Positions 1-12,107 of a stretch of 64,000 nt of DNA are shown piece after piece (the first letter of the stretch is position 1; every line of letters starts with the position of its first letter). The notes below the pieces were generated by a model. That model was not told the DNA's origin. It worked only from the letters and a program-made list of their open reading frames with translations, and did no database searches. A program made the translations under genes and the position numbers. The stretch comes from Epithemia pelagica (Eukaryota; Protista; Bacillariophyta): contig OX337240.1 in assembly GCA_946965045.2 (NCBI GenBank), positions 310,001-374,000 of the forward strand, written 5' to 3'.

Positions 1-177
1 GACACGACGTTCCGCAAATCGTCATCTCTCCCCTTTATTGCTGGTAAATCCTATGTGGATACCTTGTTTACACCGGCCGAGCAAGTGGCCATGGGCCGTT
101 ATATTCAAACCTTGGCCAATCCAACGAGTCCCGTCTGGTCCCTCATGCAACACTATTTTGCCACCATTCTCGACTAA
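1..177 (+). CDS. 3' end of sulfotransferase-like gene, copy A (starts upstream of window)
   Basis: Frame 1 reads DTTFRKSSSLPFIAGKSYVDTLF...FATILD*, the same C-terminus as 5771..7285 (offset 7108). Confidence 0.8.
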   Translation, partial: DTTFRKSSSLPFIAGKSYVDTLFTPAEQVAMGRYIQTLANPTSPVWSLMQHYFATILD

Positions 178-1090
178 CTGGTCGCATGTATATATAGTGG
201 AGAGAGGAACAAACGAATGGTATTTGTATCGCATGGTGCGAAACGAGGATCATGACTCTATACCTATATTCTCCTATTCGTCTTGGAGGAGGAACTCAAG
301 AATGACCCCCTCTCTCTCTGTATAGTATCCGAGAGGGGGAGTGTTTGCTGGTGAGCCAGTTCCAGCGAGTGTTTGTACCCTCGCTCCCTCTCTATTCCTA
401 TAATATAGCTTGTGGCACTCGGTGGTTTGAAACAACTTAGGTACAATTATTAGACACCTAGTAGTAGAGGATTGTGGGCGGGGCAGACATCTAGTACTCC
501 TTCTCTCTCGTTATGGCGACCAGCACCAGGTTGCAGGGTCGTCCAGTGCGTGATCGAGCGAGCTGCTCACATGATCCTTGCAAATGCCTTGCCAAGACTG
601 GTACTACTCGGACCCTTATGATTGGACGGCTCCGAGTGTATCCGGAGGCGAGGGAGAAAGTAGGAAGGAGAGTTTGCACATGGAGTGGCTTTTTTGTCGT
701 GTTGTTGTTGTTGGTGGTGGGAGTGGATCTCCGCTCAACCACGCAGTCCGAACCAACCGAAAACCCTTGTGTGGACTAAGGGTAAAACGTCAGGTAGGAG
801 TACTGCAGAGATTTCACAGGTTCTTCTTGCTCAAGCTCAACCTCCTTCACATTTCGAATCTAGAAGGGGGGGGGGGGGGGACCTTACGCGCGTTCGATGC
901 GTTCGTAGACTTTCTCTCCCACAGGCCACATTCCGATCTTTTTCCTAGAGTAGAGCGACTCACCAAAAAAGCGCCAGTAGTGTCATGAATCCCAAACACT
1001 CTCTGTGTTTCTGTCTCATGGGACGGTTCCACTTGAAGCATTGGTTGTACCTTGTCATGATATTGTCGTCATGTTTTGGTCCACTTGTTA

Positions 1091-2934
1091 CTAGTCGATA
1101 CTCCTAGTAGGAATGGCCATGGGTGGTAGTTCTAGAATGCTGCCAAGCGAATTGTCATTGGGAGCGGCGTCCTCCGCATCTTGTCGGATACTAATAGTAG
1201 TATCATCAACATCGTCATCCACATACCAGATCCACGCCTTGGGTATTGGGCAAGACGGCCGACGTGACGAGAATGGGCAAGACGCCCACCACGGCACCCC
1301 CCAGGGCCGACCTGGTTGGCATCCATGAGGGTTCCCGACACGGTATCCGTGACCAGGTAGGCCACTCCAAAACACGTTCCAATAAGGGACAAGCCCGTGC
1401 CCCGTTGGGCTGTAGGGAGAAGCTCGGCCGTCCAGAGGCCATTGACGGTACCGGAAACCGTTCCGACTATGGTTCCTACCGATGAGGCTACCACCAACAG
1501 GATTGTGGCCAATCCCATGGAAACCGCCTGATTGTTATTGTGCTTGTTGTTGCTGTCGTCTCCATCCTTTGTCGTAGTAGCCAGTGAGGCCACGGCCATG
1601 GCAATGACTGCTCCACACGCTGCTCCCACCAAGTGGCCTCCACAAAAGAGGACCCGTCGGGAGATGCGGTCGATATAGACTAGGTTAAACACTTTGGCCA
1701 CGAGACCCAGCAAGGAAAACCAAATACCGAGCTTGTAGACATGGTTCGCGAGCCATGGGGAGGTGTGGTCCCGAAGAATGGTCAAGTGCCAGGGACTGGA
1801 CAAGGCGCCCGGAAAGATAATGAGGGTTCGTAGAACCATGAGGGCCAACAGGGTATGGCGCAATTGGACACTTCCCCGAAACATGTCCAGGTAGCCTTGG
1901 AGCAGAGATTGGCACGTCACTTCATTGTCTCGTTGTTGTTGTTGTTGTTGAGGTGGAAAATGATGCTGTACTTCCTCGAGCTGCAACGGTTGGTAGGGAA
2001 CCGCAGCACCAGTGCTAGTACAGTCGTCCTGCAGCTCGTCGTCGTCGTCTTGGTCGTCGTCCCTGGACCGGGTGGCCCGAATTCCCCCACGCAGAGCTGT
2101 GGCCAGGTAGTTGGCTCCCGCCACGGCTTGTCCGTATCGTCCCGTACTGGCCAGATAGCGTGGACTTTCTGGAACGAGCCAGAGTGCCAACACAAGGCCC
2201 ACCAGACTGGGAGCTGCCGTGGCCAGAAAATAGGCACGCCACCCCGCGACACTCGTCATTCGAGTCGAGCAAGCAGATTCCGCAGATTCTGCATTGGCAA
2301 AAGTGTCCGGAATGTCGTTGTCGTCGTTGTTGTTGTCGTTGTTGGTGGTTGCTGTTTCCTGAATGAGCCACATGGCCATGAGACTCGTGTAAATGCCACC
2401 CAAGGCCCAAAAGACATCGGCCACCACAGCGTAACGACCGCGACAGGAGGATGGAAAGAGTTCCAGCAAGAGGACCGATCCCCCGTTATACGAGAGAGAT
2501 GCCCCCAATCCAGCCACGAGCCGCCAAAGCCACAGCCACCGAAACGAAAGGGACAGGGCGCTGCCCACGGAACTGAGAATGTCCAACAGGAGGCCCGTCA
2601 CAAAGGTCCACCACCGTCCCACGTGGACGTGGTCCATGAGGCGACCGCCCAACAGATTGCCCGTCAGGCTACCCACGGACAGGGCCACAAAGAGTTGAGC
2701 CCCCAATTCGTAATTGTCCGCCAAAAAGCACTGTCGGAACCGTTGATCGGAAACGACTGTGCCCATGGCGGTGTATTCCACTTCTTCGGCCGCCGAAGAA
2801 AAGGCAATGGCAAAGATCACCAAGTAATAGCGTCGTCGTCTCCATAGCGTAGCCGGTCCAAAGCCACTGCCGTGTGCTTCTTCGTAAAAGAGATTGATGG
2901 TCCGTGGGGACGAAGATTCTGGTAATGTTTCCAT
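1091..2934 (-). pseudogene. SV2/SVOP-like MFS transporter, copy A, frameshifted near the C-terminus
   Basis: Near-identical to 8424..10298 but lacks 20 nt (at 1309/1310) and 11 nt (at 1224/1225). The last hydrophobic segment VLLLALAALGGAVVGVLPILV is out of frame; the open frame ends at 1132. Confidence 0.75.
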
Positions 2935-4777
2935 CGGCGTGTGGTGTTCTTGTGACTTTTGACTTTAGTGTGACGATTTTCTTTTGGGTTTTCGGTCGGC
3001 CGACGTTGCGCGACCGACAATCACACAGAGTGAAGCTTCTGGCTACTAGGTGGGTGTCCTTGTCGGGTTCATACTAAGCTACTCCATCTACCTGACGTTT
3101 TGCTCGTAAGGTTAGATAGTCCCTTCCGCTTTTTTTGTGTCCAGGCCCTGGCATACACAACTCTGGACGAATCTGCGGTTTCCGATGGCCTGCACCCTCC
3201 GTACGGTCCGGCATTCATACAATCCAGCACGCATCGTACCGCTACTACCTGTACATTGGAAGGAAGGATCCGCTTTCTAAACACTCATCCAGTGGCAAGA
3301 TACAGAATGTGATCCTGGCAATGACAGAGAATGGCATGGCACAAGGTTGTCCCATGGATCAGTCGTGTGGGACCCGCACACATTCCAGAAAGCACAGCCA
3401 CCGACCGTAGCAGCAGCACTTTGGAATACATTCCCCACTGCTACTAGAGTTGAAGTGAGCAGGAGGTTGGATTGGAGCAACAAGAACCTGTGAAAATCTC
3501 CGTATCGAACCCCATGATTCGAAGGAGCCAGATTGTTGCATCCTGGTACCGTCCCTTTTAGCAAAAACATGCATGTCCGATCCCTGCATCTCTCAACTCT
3601 GTGGAACCCGATCCAGATGTTTGGTTTTTGTGTTGTCCATTGTAGAAATGCCTTGGATTTACGATCCTGGGTCTTTCGTGGTTTCATTGATGTGCATCTC
3701 AGAGTGTTGTACATCTCTACCTGACGTCTCTCGTGGAATGCTGCTGGGCTGGACCACCACAAAGAAATCGGCACCAGGAGGGTGGTCATGCCATGGTGGT
3801 GGACCGACACACCACACAAATTCTTGTCGTCGTCGTCACACTCGTTTGCCGCAGGGCCCACATGGTTGTTTCCTGTAACCCTGTCCAGCAGCAGTAGCAG
3901 CACCAGCAGCAGCAGCTGTCTGGCATTGCACTACTCCTACGTAGTTTCTCGCTGGCAGTGTGGAAAGGAATCGTGTGTTCTCGGAGTACCTAGTTTCTAT
4001 AGTTTTGCGGGTTCTCTCATCGGGACGTGTTCTCTCCGTTTGTTTGCGATTACGACGACGACGACGACGACGACATGTTCTTTTGGGCCGCACCACAGAA
4101 AAAAAAGGGAGAAAGGACCGAGTCGCCCTCTATTCTTCTAGTATGGATCTTATGGAACGCTGTTTCGGTTGTGGTGTTGTGGTTTGTGCGTTTGTGGCAC
4201 GAGTGTGTGGCACTGGTAGCATGGCTGGTCGGCGCTCTTCCGGTAAATCTAATCTTGGTCGTGTTCACCATTTCACGCACCGGCCGTTCAGTCCCACATT
4301 CGAGTCGCGTTTGTAACGGATGCGATCGCCAACAAGAATCTCATGGTGGTTCGACATGGTTCCACAATCAATCAACGCATGGTGGTTCGACATGGTTCCA
4401 CAATCAATCAATGCGATCGTGCCTCCCTCCCTCGATCGATAGACCCACACACTCTGGATACAAAGAAGAGAAGACTACGACAACAACAACCACAAAGGCA
4501 AGCCGCCACAACTCCACCACGACAGAGATACGAACGAACCCAATCCTCGTTCGTACCAACCATTGCAGACGATTCTCCATTGTGAACTTGTGTGGCGCGC
4601 ACCAAACGAATCGTCCATTGTCATTCGACTCTTGTCCATCCTTGGCAACCACGAACGAACCAACCAACCACCACTCTCCTCATTGCCCTCGTCGTTGTCG
4701 TCGTCGATACACAGCGACAGACACACACACACGGAGTGTCTCGAAGAAACAAACCACGAAACCATTCCCCAACACAC

Positions 4778-4836
4778 ATGTCGTCGTCGTCCTCGTCGAA
4801 TCCGAACAATCATTACACCGTGTTGGAATTGGAACC
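4778..4836 (+). pseudogene. Truncated 5' fragment of the J-domain gene (copy A)
   Basis: MSSSSSSNPNNHYTVLELE matches the start of 12040..13005. Sequence then switches to unrelated DNA before the HPD motif and stops at 4885. Confidence 0.8.
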
Positions 4837-5353
4837 TGTACCCCCCTGGCATTTTCCATGTACATGGTCTTCTAATGTTTCGTAGGATAAGACTAAGAAC
4901 AAATTAGTACTTCCAACGCATTCCTTATTCCTTATATTTTAAGCTTTCGATAGAGCCCCCCGCACGCACCATGCCCGTACACCCAACTGGAGTTACGGTC
5001 GATATTGTTGTCGTTTTGGCGATTGTCTCTTGTTCAAAAAACTGGGGCAATAAAAACGGTGCTCACCGTATTAAGCCTCATGAATCAAACGGTCACACAC
5101 ATGATAAAATTTTTGTCTGGTCATGTCTTACTTATCAATCATTAGCTAAGCCTGACGAATCCACCTCGTGGTCCTCCATTGCTGTTGTTGTGCCCAGGGG
5201 GGGAGGCAAGAATATGAAACCCTAACCCTAAAGGAAGAGTTACTATCATCATTATTGTACGCTCAAATGGAATCTCTTATCAACGAAAGCATATTTTTCA
5301 GAGTCCTGTACCCCTTTTACAAAATCCATGTACATTCCGGGGGTACAGGACTC
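4835..5353. mobile_element. Possible TIR/foldback element remnant at the duplication junction
   Basis: CCTGTACCCC at 4835 is inverted to GGGGTACAGG at 5340-5349. A perfect 14-bp inverted repeat lies at 5301-5314/5340-5353. No TSD or transposase found. Confidence 0.3.
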
Positions 5354-5770
5354 CGCAAATTACGGTAGATATAAAGTAAGCAGATTACTCCCCTGTGATA
5401 TCTCGTCGGGCGCCCGGCTTGTCGGGAGAATGACTCGACGGGCATATGTTGCGCCCTCCTCGAACATATGCCCTTCCCGTCATTCTACCGTCCGCGCCGG
5501 GCGACCCTCCTCTAAAGGATTGGATCACCGTGAACGTACGTGAAGTCGTCTTTCTCACAACCCACAACGGATTCACTCTTCACAATTTTGGCAAGAGCTC
5601 TTCACAATTTTGGCAGGATTTTACAACATCCAACGAAAAACTGAGTCCAGATAGAGTCCAGATAGAGTCCATTTTCCCCTTTGTTGGAATGAGTCCAACT
5701 CGTAGAAGAGTGTTCAACAACCTAGTCTTCGAATCGATTGACAATGTTTGTTTTTAGGAATCCAAGAAGC

Positions 5771-7285
5771 ATGAGACCTATCACGTCAACGCCAAGGGTC
5801 AAGGTCGTGTGGGTGGGTCGTCTCGTGGTGGTACCCCTCCTTTCCTTGTTGTGTTTGCAATGGGCCTTGTTACTATCTTCGCCTTTGGTTGGGTCGTCCG
5901 TGTCGTCGAGACAACAACGAGAACATGATGATGATGATCCAATGAAACACACCACCGCAACACGAAACAACCACAACCACAAGGATCATCCGCCATTCAA
6001 TCCTCATCATGATTGGATCTTGGCCTCCAGCAGTACGGTGGACACTCCTGCTTCCTCCCCCTCCCCCAACAAGAACAACGACCCGGAACTAGACACTCCC
6101 GACCAGGACAAGGACACGACCGAGGCACCACAACAACAGCAACATCCTCAAATTGCCTGGCTCTTGTCCTTTCCCAATTCCGGCACATCCTATACCATGA
6201 TGAATACCCAACACGTCACGGGATACCGGACGGCCACCAATTATGCCAGGGATTGGAACTGGACCACTGCCGACACTAATAATCCAAATACGTCTTCGAT
6301 TGTTGCGTGGACGCCGGAAGGTCCCTTTTCGAAAGCACCCACGACCACTACCACGATTCCCCACTCCTTTGTCTTGACCAAGACGCATTGTACCGGCTAT
6401 TGTACCGCCTGTCCGCCCCAAGCCTATGTCATTCCGACCGTGGACGATTTTGTTCATGGCTGTCACCAAACAGAACTGCCAGTAACGTCCACAGCCACCA
6501 CCACCAAGACAACAACTCGGTCTGGTCACTATTCTCCCGACACGATGCCCGTCGCCCGAGCCATTCATTTGATTCGTCATCCCTTGGACAATCTCGTGTC
6601 GCGGTTGCACTTGGCCTTGAAACCTCATCTTATCGTCCGCAAACCCGAATTGCACGCCATTCTGATGAACAATGACACGGTATCGACGGAACGTCAACGG
6701 CTCGAGGCCTGGTGCGACTGGGTCGATGCCCGGCACCAAGCGAAACTGCAACAAGCGCTCCAACTGTGGTTGCGACAGGATGCGGAGGACGAGGCACCCC
6801 ATCATCCTCCCGCGGCCTGGCCCTTTGTCACCAACCATGAGCACCACAATTCATCGTCCGAATCGTTGCTCCTGTGGGAAACGGATCCTCACTACGTCCT
6901 CAGGTTACTACTCGGTCAACATCCCGTGACCCAAAACAATGTCCTGTGTCGGACCGAATTGTTTCGCTATGTCCAATGGCATGCCCGTGCCTGGCAAATG
7001 ACGCAAGCCCTCCAAATTCCCGTCCATATGGTCCATTACGAATCCTATTCGACCAACTTTACCGCCACGGTCCAGGGCATTGTCCACTTTTTGCATCAAT
7101 CCGACGACGACACGACGTTCCGCAAATCGTCATCTCTCCCCTTTATTGCTGGTAAATCCTATGTGGATACCTTGTTTACACCGGCCGAGCAAGTGGCCAT
7201 GGGCCGTTATATTCAAACCTTGGCCAATCCAACGAGTCCCGTCTGGTCCCTCATGCAACACTATTTTGCCACCATTCTCGACTAA
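5771..7285 (+). CDS. Membrane-anchored (Golgi-type) PAPS-dependent sulfotransferase-like protein, copy B
   Basis: N-terminal hydrophobic anchor and low-complexity stem. 5'-PSB-like motif WLLSFPNSGTSYT, TKTH, 3'-PB-like motif IHLIRHPLDNLVSR, and VHYE. The ORF is open from 5738; ATG 5771 chosen. Confidence 0.85.
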   Translation: MRPITSTPRVKVVWVGRLVVVPLLSLLCLQWALLLSSPLVGSSVSSRQQREHDDDDPMKHTTATRNNHNHKDHPPFNPHHDWILASSSTVDTPASSPSPNKNNDPELDTPDQDKDTTEAPQQQQHPQIAWLLSFPNSGTSYTMMNTQHVTGYRTATNYARDWNWTTADTNNPNTSSIVAWTPEGPFSKAPTTTTTIPHSFVLTKTHCTGYCTACPPQAYVIPTVDDFVHGCHQTELPVTSTATTTKTTTRSGHYSPDTMPVARAIHLIRHPLDNLVSRLHLALKPHLIVRKPELHAILMNNDTVSTERQRLEAWCDWVDARHQAKLQQALQLWLRQDAEDEAPHHPPAAWPFVTNHEHHNSSSESLLLWETDPHYVLRLLLGQHPVTQNNVLCRTELFRYVQWHARAWQMTQALQIPVHMVHYESYSTNFTATVQGIVHFLHQSDDDTTFRKSSSLPFIAGKSYVDTLFTPAEQVAMGRYIQTLANPTSPVWSLMQHYFATILD

Positions 7286-10200
7286 CTGGTCGCATGTATA
7301 TATAGTGGAGAGAGGAACAAACGAATGGTATTTGTATCGCATGGTGCGAAACGAGGATCATGACTCTATAATACCTATATTCTTCCATTCGTCTTAGGAG
7401 GAGGAACTCAAGAATGACCCCCTCTCTCTCTGTATAGTATCCGAGAGGGGGAGTGTTTGCTGGTGTGCCAGTTCCACCGAGTGTTTGTACCCTTGTGGCA
7501 CTCGGTGGTTTGAAACATTATTAGACACCTAGTAGTAGAGGATTGTGGGCGGGGCAGACATCTAGTACTCCTTCTCTCTCGTTATGGCGACCAGCACCAG
7601 GTTGCAGGGTCGTCCAGTGCGTGATCGAGCGAGCTGCTCACATGATCCTTGCAAATGCCTTGCCAAGACTGGTACTACTCGGACCCTTATGATTGGACGG
7701 CTCCGAGTGTATCCGGAGGCGAGGGAGAAAGTAGGAAGGAGAGTTTGCACATGGAGTGGCTTTTTTGTCGTGTTGTTGTTGTTGTTGGTGGGAGTGGATC
7801 TCCGCTCAACCACGCAGGCCGAACCAACCGAAAACCCTTGTGTGGACTACCCTTACGAGCAAAACGTCAGGTAGGAGTACTACACAGATTTCACAGGTTC
7901 TTCTTGCTCAAGTTCAACCTCCTTCACATTTCGCATCTAGAGGGGGGGGGGGGATGCATTCCAAAGTGCTGCTCCAGCAACTGTGCTTTCAAGGATGTGG
8001 TCAATCACTGATGATCCATGAGACAACGATGAACCATGCCATTCTCGTTCATCGCCAGGATCACGCGTTTGTGTTGTGTCTGGGGTTCTGTATCTTGCCA
8101 CTGGATGGAGTATTCTAAAAGTATAGAGATACAGTATAGATCACGTCCGATCGGATCGTCGTCCCTTGCAATGTACAGGTGGTAGTGGTACGATGCGTGC
8201 TGCGGAGATGATGACCTTACGCGCGTTCGATGCGTTCGTAGACTTTCTCTTTCACAGGCTACATTCCGATCTTTTTCCTAGAGTAGAGCGACTCACCAAA
8301 AAAGCGCCAGTAGTGTCATGAATCCCAAACACTCTCTGTGTTTCTGTCTCATGGGACGGTTCCACTTGAAGCATTGGTTGTACCTTGTCATGATATTGTC
8401 GTCATGTTTTGGTCCACTTGTTACTAGTCGATACTCCTAGTAGGAATGGCCATGGGTGGTAGTTCTAGAATGCTGCCAAGCGAATTGTCATTGGGAGCGG
8501 CGTCCTCCGCATCTTGTCGGATACTAATAGTAGTATCATCAATATCGTCATCCACATGATCTTGGTCGACCAGATCCACGCCTTGGGTATTGGGCAAGAC
8601 GGCCGACGTGACGAGAATGGGCAAGACGCCCACCACGGCACCCCCCAGGGCCGCCAGGGCCAGCAGGAGCACCACCTGGTTGGCATCCATGAGGGTTCCC
8701 GACACGGTATCCGTGACCAGGTAGGCCACTTCAAAACACGTTCCAATAAGGGACAAGCCCGTGCCCCGTTGCGCCGTGGGGAGAAGCTCGGTCGTCCAAA
8801 GGCCATTGACGGTACCGGAAACCGTTCCGACAATGGTTCCTACCGAGGAGGCTACCATCAACAGGATTGTGGCCAATCCTATGGAAACCGCCTGATTGTT
8901 ATTGTGCTTGTTGTTGCTGTCGTCTCCATCCTTTGTCGTAGTAGCCAACGAGGCCACGGCCATGGCAATGACTGCTCCACACGCTGCTCCCACCAAGTGG
9001 CCTCCACAAAAGAGGACCCGTCGGGAGATGCGGTCGATATAGACTAGGTTAAACACTTTGGCCACGAGACCCAAACAGGAAAACCAAATACCGAGCTTGT
9101 AGACATGGTTCGCGAGCCATGGGGAGGTGTGGTCCCGCAGAATGGTCAAGTGCCAGGGACTGGACAAGGCGCCCGGAAAGATAATGAGGGTTCGTAGAAC
9201 CATGAGGGCCAACAGGGTATGGCGCAATTGGACACTTCCCCGAAACATGTCCAGGTAGCCTTGGAGCAGAGATTGGCACGTCACTTCATTGTCTCGTTGT
9301 TGTTGTTGTTGTTGAGGTGGAAAATGATGCTGTACTTCCTCGAGCTGCAACGGTTGGTAGGGAACCGCAGCACCAGTGCTAGTACAGTCGTCCTGCAGCT
9401 CGTCGTCGTCGTCTTGGTCGTCGTCCCTGGACCGGGTGGCCCGAATTCCCCCACGCAGAGCTGTGGCCAGGTAGTTGGCTCCCGCCACGGCTTGTCCGTA
9501 TCGTCCCGTACTGGCCAGATAGCGTGGACTTTCTGGAACGAGCCAGAGTGCCAACACAAGGCCCACCAGACTGGGAGCTGCCGTGGCCAGAAAATAGGCA
9601 CGCCACCCCGCGACACTCGTCATTCGAGTCGAGCAAGCAGATTCCGCAGATTCTGCATTGGCAAAAGTGTCCGGAATGTCGTTGTCGTCGTTGTTGTTGT
9701 CGTTGTTGGTGGTTGCTGTTTCCTGAATGAGCCACATGGCCATGAGACTCGTGTAAATGCCACCCAAGGCCCAAAAGACATCGGCCACCACAGCGTAACG
9801 ACCGCGACAGGAGGATGGAAAGAGTTCCAGCAAGAGGACCGATCCCCCGTTATACGAGAGAGATGCCCCCAATCCAGCCACGAGCCGCCAAAGCCACAGC
9901 CACCGAAACGAAAGGGACAGGGCGCTGCCCACGGAACTGAGAATGTCCAACAGGAGGCCCGTCACAAAGGTCCACCACCGTCCCACGTGGACGTGGTCCA
10001 TGAGGCGACCGCCCAACAGATTGCCCGTCAGGCTACCCACGGACAGGGCCACAAAGAGTTGAGCCCCCAATTCGTAATTGTCCGCCAAAAAGCACTGTCG
10101 GAACCGTTGATCGGAAACGACTGTGCCCATGGCGGTGTATTCCACTTCTTCGGCCGCCGAAGAAAAGGCAATGGCAAAGATCACCAAGTAATAGCGTCGT

Positions 10201-12107
10201 CGTCTCCATAGCGTAGCCGGTCCAAAGCCACTGCCGTGTGCTTCTTCGTAAAAGAGATTGATGGTCCGTGGGGACGAAGATTCTGGTAATGTTTCCATCG
10301 GCGTGTGGTGTTCTTGTGACTTTTGACTTTAGTGTGACGATTTTCTTTTGGGTTTTCGGTCGGCCGACGTTGCGCGACCGACAATCACACAGAGTGAAGC
10401 TTCTGGCTACTAGGTGGGTGTCCTTGTCGGGTTCATACTAAGCTACTCCATCTACCTGACGTTTTGCTCGTAAGGTTAGATAGTCCCTTCCGCTTTTTTT
10501 GTGTCCAGGCCCTGGCATACACAACTCTGGACGAATCTGCGGTTTCCGATGGCCTGCACCCTCCGTACGGTCCGGCATTCATACAATCCAGCACGCATCG
10601 TACCGCTACTACCTGTACATTGGAAGGAAGGATCCGCTTTCTAAACACTCATCCAGTGGCAAGATACAGAATGTGATCCTGGCAATGACAGAGAATGGCA
10701 TGGCACAAGGTTGTCCCATGGATCAGTCGTGTGGGACCCGCACACATTCCAGAAAGCACAGCCACCGACCGTAGCAGCAGCACTTTGGAATACATTCCCC
10801 ACTGCTACTAGAGTTGAAGTGAGCAGGAGGTTGGATTGGAGCAACAAGAACCTGTGAAAATCTCCGTATCGAACCCCATGATTCGAAGGAGCCAGATTGT
10901 TGCATCCTGGTACCGTCCCTTTTAGCAAAAACAAGCATGTCCGATCCCTGCATCTCTCAACTCTGTGGAACCCGATCCAGATGTTTGGTTTTTGTGTTGT
11001 CCATTGTAGAAATGCCTTGGATTTACGATCCTGGGTCTTTCGTGGTTTCATTGATGTGCATCTCAGAGTGTTGTACATCTCTACCTGACGTCTCTCGTGG
11101 AATGCTGCTGGGCTGGACCACCACAAAGAAATCGGCACCAGGAGGGTGGTCATGCCATGGTGGTGGACCGACACACCACACAAATTCTTGTCGTCGTCGT
11201 CACACTCGTTTGCCGCAGGGCCCACATGGTTGTTTCCTGTAACCCTGTCCAGCAGCAGCAGCACCAGCAGCACCAGCTGTCTGGCATTGCACTACCTGGT
11301 TTCTTGCTGGCAGTGTGAAACGGAATCGTGTGTTCTCGGAGTACCTAGTTTCTATAGTTTTGCGGGTTCTCTCATCGGGACGTGTTCTCTCCGTTTGTTT
11401 GCGATTACGACGACGACGACGACATGTTCTTTTGGGCCGCACCACAGAAAAAAAGGGAGAAAGGACCGAGTCGCTCTCTATTCTTCTAGTATGGATTAGG
11501 GGGACGGCTGTTTTGGTTGTGTGGTTTGTGCGCGGAACCGAGTTTGTGGCATGGATAGCATGGCTGGTCGGCGCTCTTCCGGTAGATCTGATCTTGGTCG
11601 TGTTCATCAATGAGCGCACCGGCCGTTCCGTGATACATACGAGTCGCGTTTGTAACGGATGGAATCGCCAAGAACCAAGAACCACACTTGCTTGTCGACA
11701 TTCTCTATGAATGAGAGTTCGATCGTGCCTCCCTCCATCGATCGATACAAAGAAGAGAACCACGACAACAACCACAAAGGCAAGCCGCCACAACTAACTC
11801 CACAACGACAGAGATACGAACCCAATCCTGGTAACAACCATTGCAGACGATTCTCCATTGTGAACGTGTGTGGCGCGCACGAAACGAATCGTCCATTGTC
11901 ATTCGACTCTCGTCCATCCTTGGCAACCGCCAACCAACCAACACTCTCCTCATTGCCTTCGTCGTCGTCGATACACTGCGACAGACTGACACACACGGAG
12001 TGTCTCGAACCAACAAACCACGAAACCATCCCCACACACATGTCGTCGTCGTCGTCGTCGTCGTCGTCGAATCCGAACAACCATTACACCGTGTTGGAAT
12101 TGAAACC
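7109..12107 (+). repeat. Tandem segmental duplication, copy B
   Basis: Aligns with 1..4836 and has ~265 nt extra at ~7954-8215. Confidence 0.95.
8424..10298 (-). CDS. MFS transporter, sugar-porter/SV2-SVOP-like (624 aa)
   Basis: Many TM segments. Motifs GGRLMD..GR, LLELFPSSCRG...VFWALG, VPESPRYL and TELLPTAQRGTGLS are typical of SV2-related MFS carriers. Confidence 0.9.
   Translation of the reverse strand: METLPESSSPRTINLFYEEAHGSGFGPATLWRRRRYYLVIFAIAFSSAAEEVEYTAMGTVVSDQRFRQCFLADNYELGAQLFVALSVGSLTGNLLGGRLMDHVHVGRWWTFVTGLLLDILSSVGSALSLSFRWLWLWRLVAGLGASLSYNGGSVLLLELFPSSCRGRYAVVADVFWALGGIYTSLMAMWLIQETATTNNDNNNDDNDIPDTFANAESAESACSTRMTSVAGWRAYFLATAAPSLVGLVLALWLVPESPRYLASTGRYGQAVAGANYLATALRGGIRATRSRDDDQDDDDELQDDCTSTGAAVPYQPLQLEEVQHHFPPQQQQQQRDNEVTCQSLLQGYLDMFRGSVQLRHTLLALMVLRTLIIFPGALSSPWHLTILRDHTSPWLANHVYKLGIWFSCLGLVAKVFNLVYIDRISRRVLFCGGHLVGAACGAVIAMAVASLATTTKDGDDSNNKHNNNQAVSIGLATILLMVASSVGTIVGTVSGTVNGLWTTELLPTAQRGTGLSLIGTCFEVAYLVTDTVSGTLMDANQVVLLLALAALGGAVVGVLPILVTSAVLPNTQGVDLVDQDHVDDDIDDTTISIRQDAEDAAPNDNSLGSILELPPMAIPTRSID

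Larger units (their letters stand above)
1..4836 (+). repeat. Tandem segmental duplication, copy A (partner 7109..12107)
   Basis: Base 1 aligns to 7109. The offset drifts 7108 -> 7071 -> 7333 -> 7364 through indels. Homology ends at gtgttggaattg(g/a)aacc (4836 vs 12107). Confidence 0.95.

Noticed and set aside
1855-2847. 330-aa + strand ORF (also 9219..10211) and other antisense ORFs over the MFS, J-domain and P450 genes (e.g. 11950..13230, 15572..16273)
   Set aside because: They overlap well-supported genes on the opposite strand and have no motifs of their own.
3277-3903. 208/210-aa minus-strand ORF (also 10641..11273)
   Set aside because: No recognisable motif. Its conservation only reflects the recent duplication, and substitution patterns favour a decayed + strand frame.
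4342-4413. 36-bp perfect tandem duplication
   Set aside because: A local slippage event in non-coding DNA, absent from copy B, with no sign of function.
5217-5232. AAACCCTAACCCTAAA telomere-like motif
   Set aside because: Only two units; too short to call an interstitial telomere.
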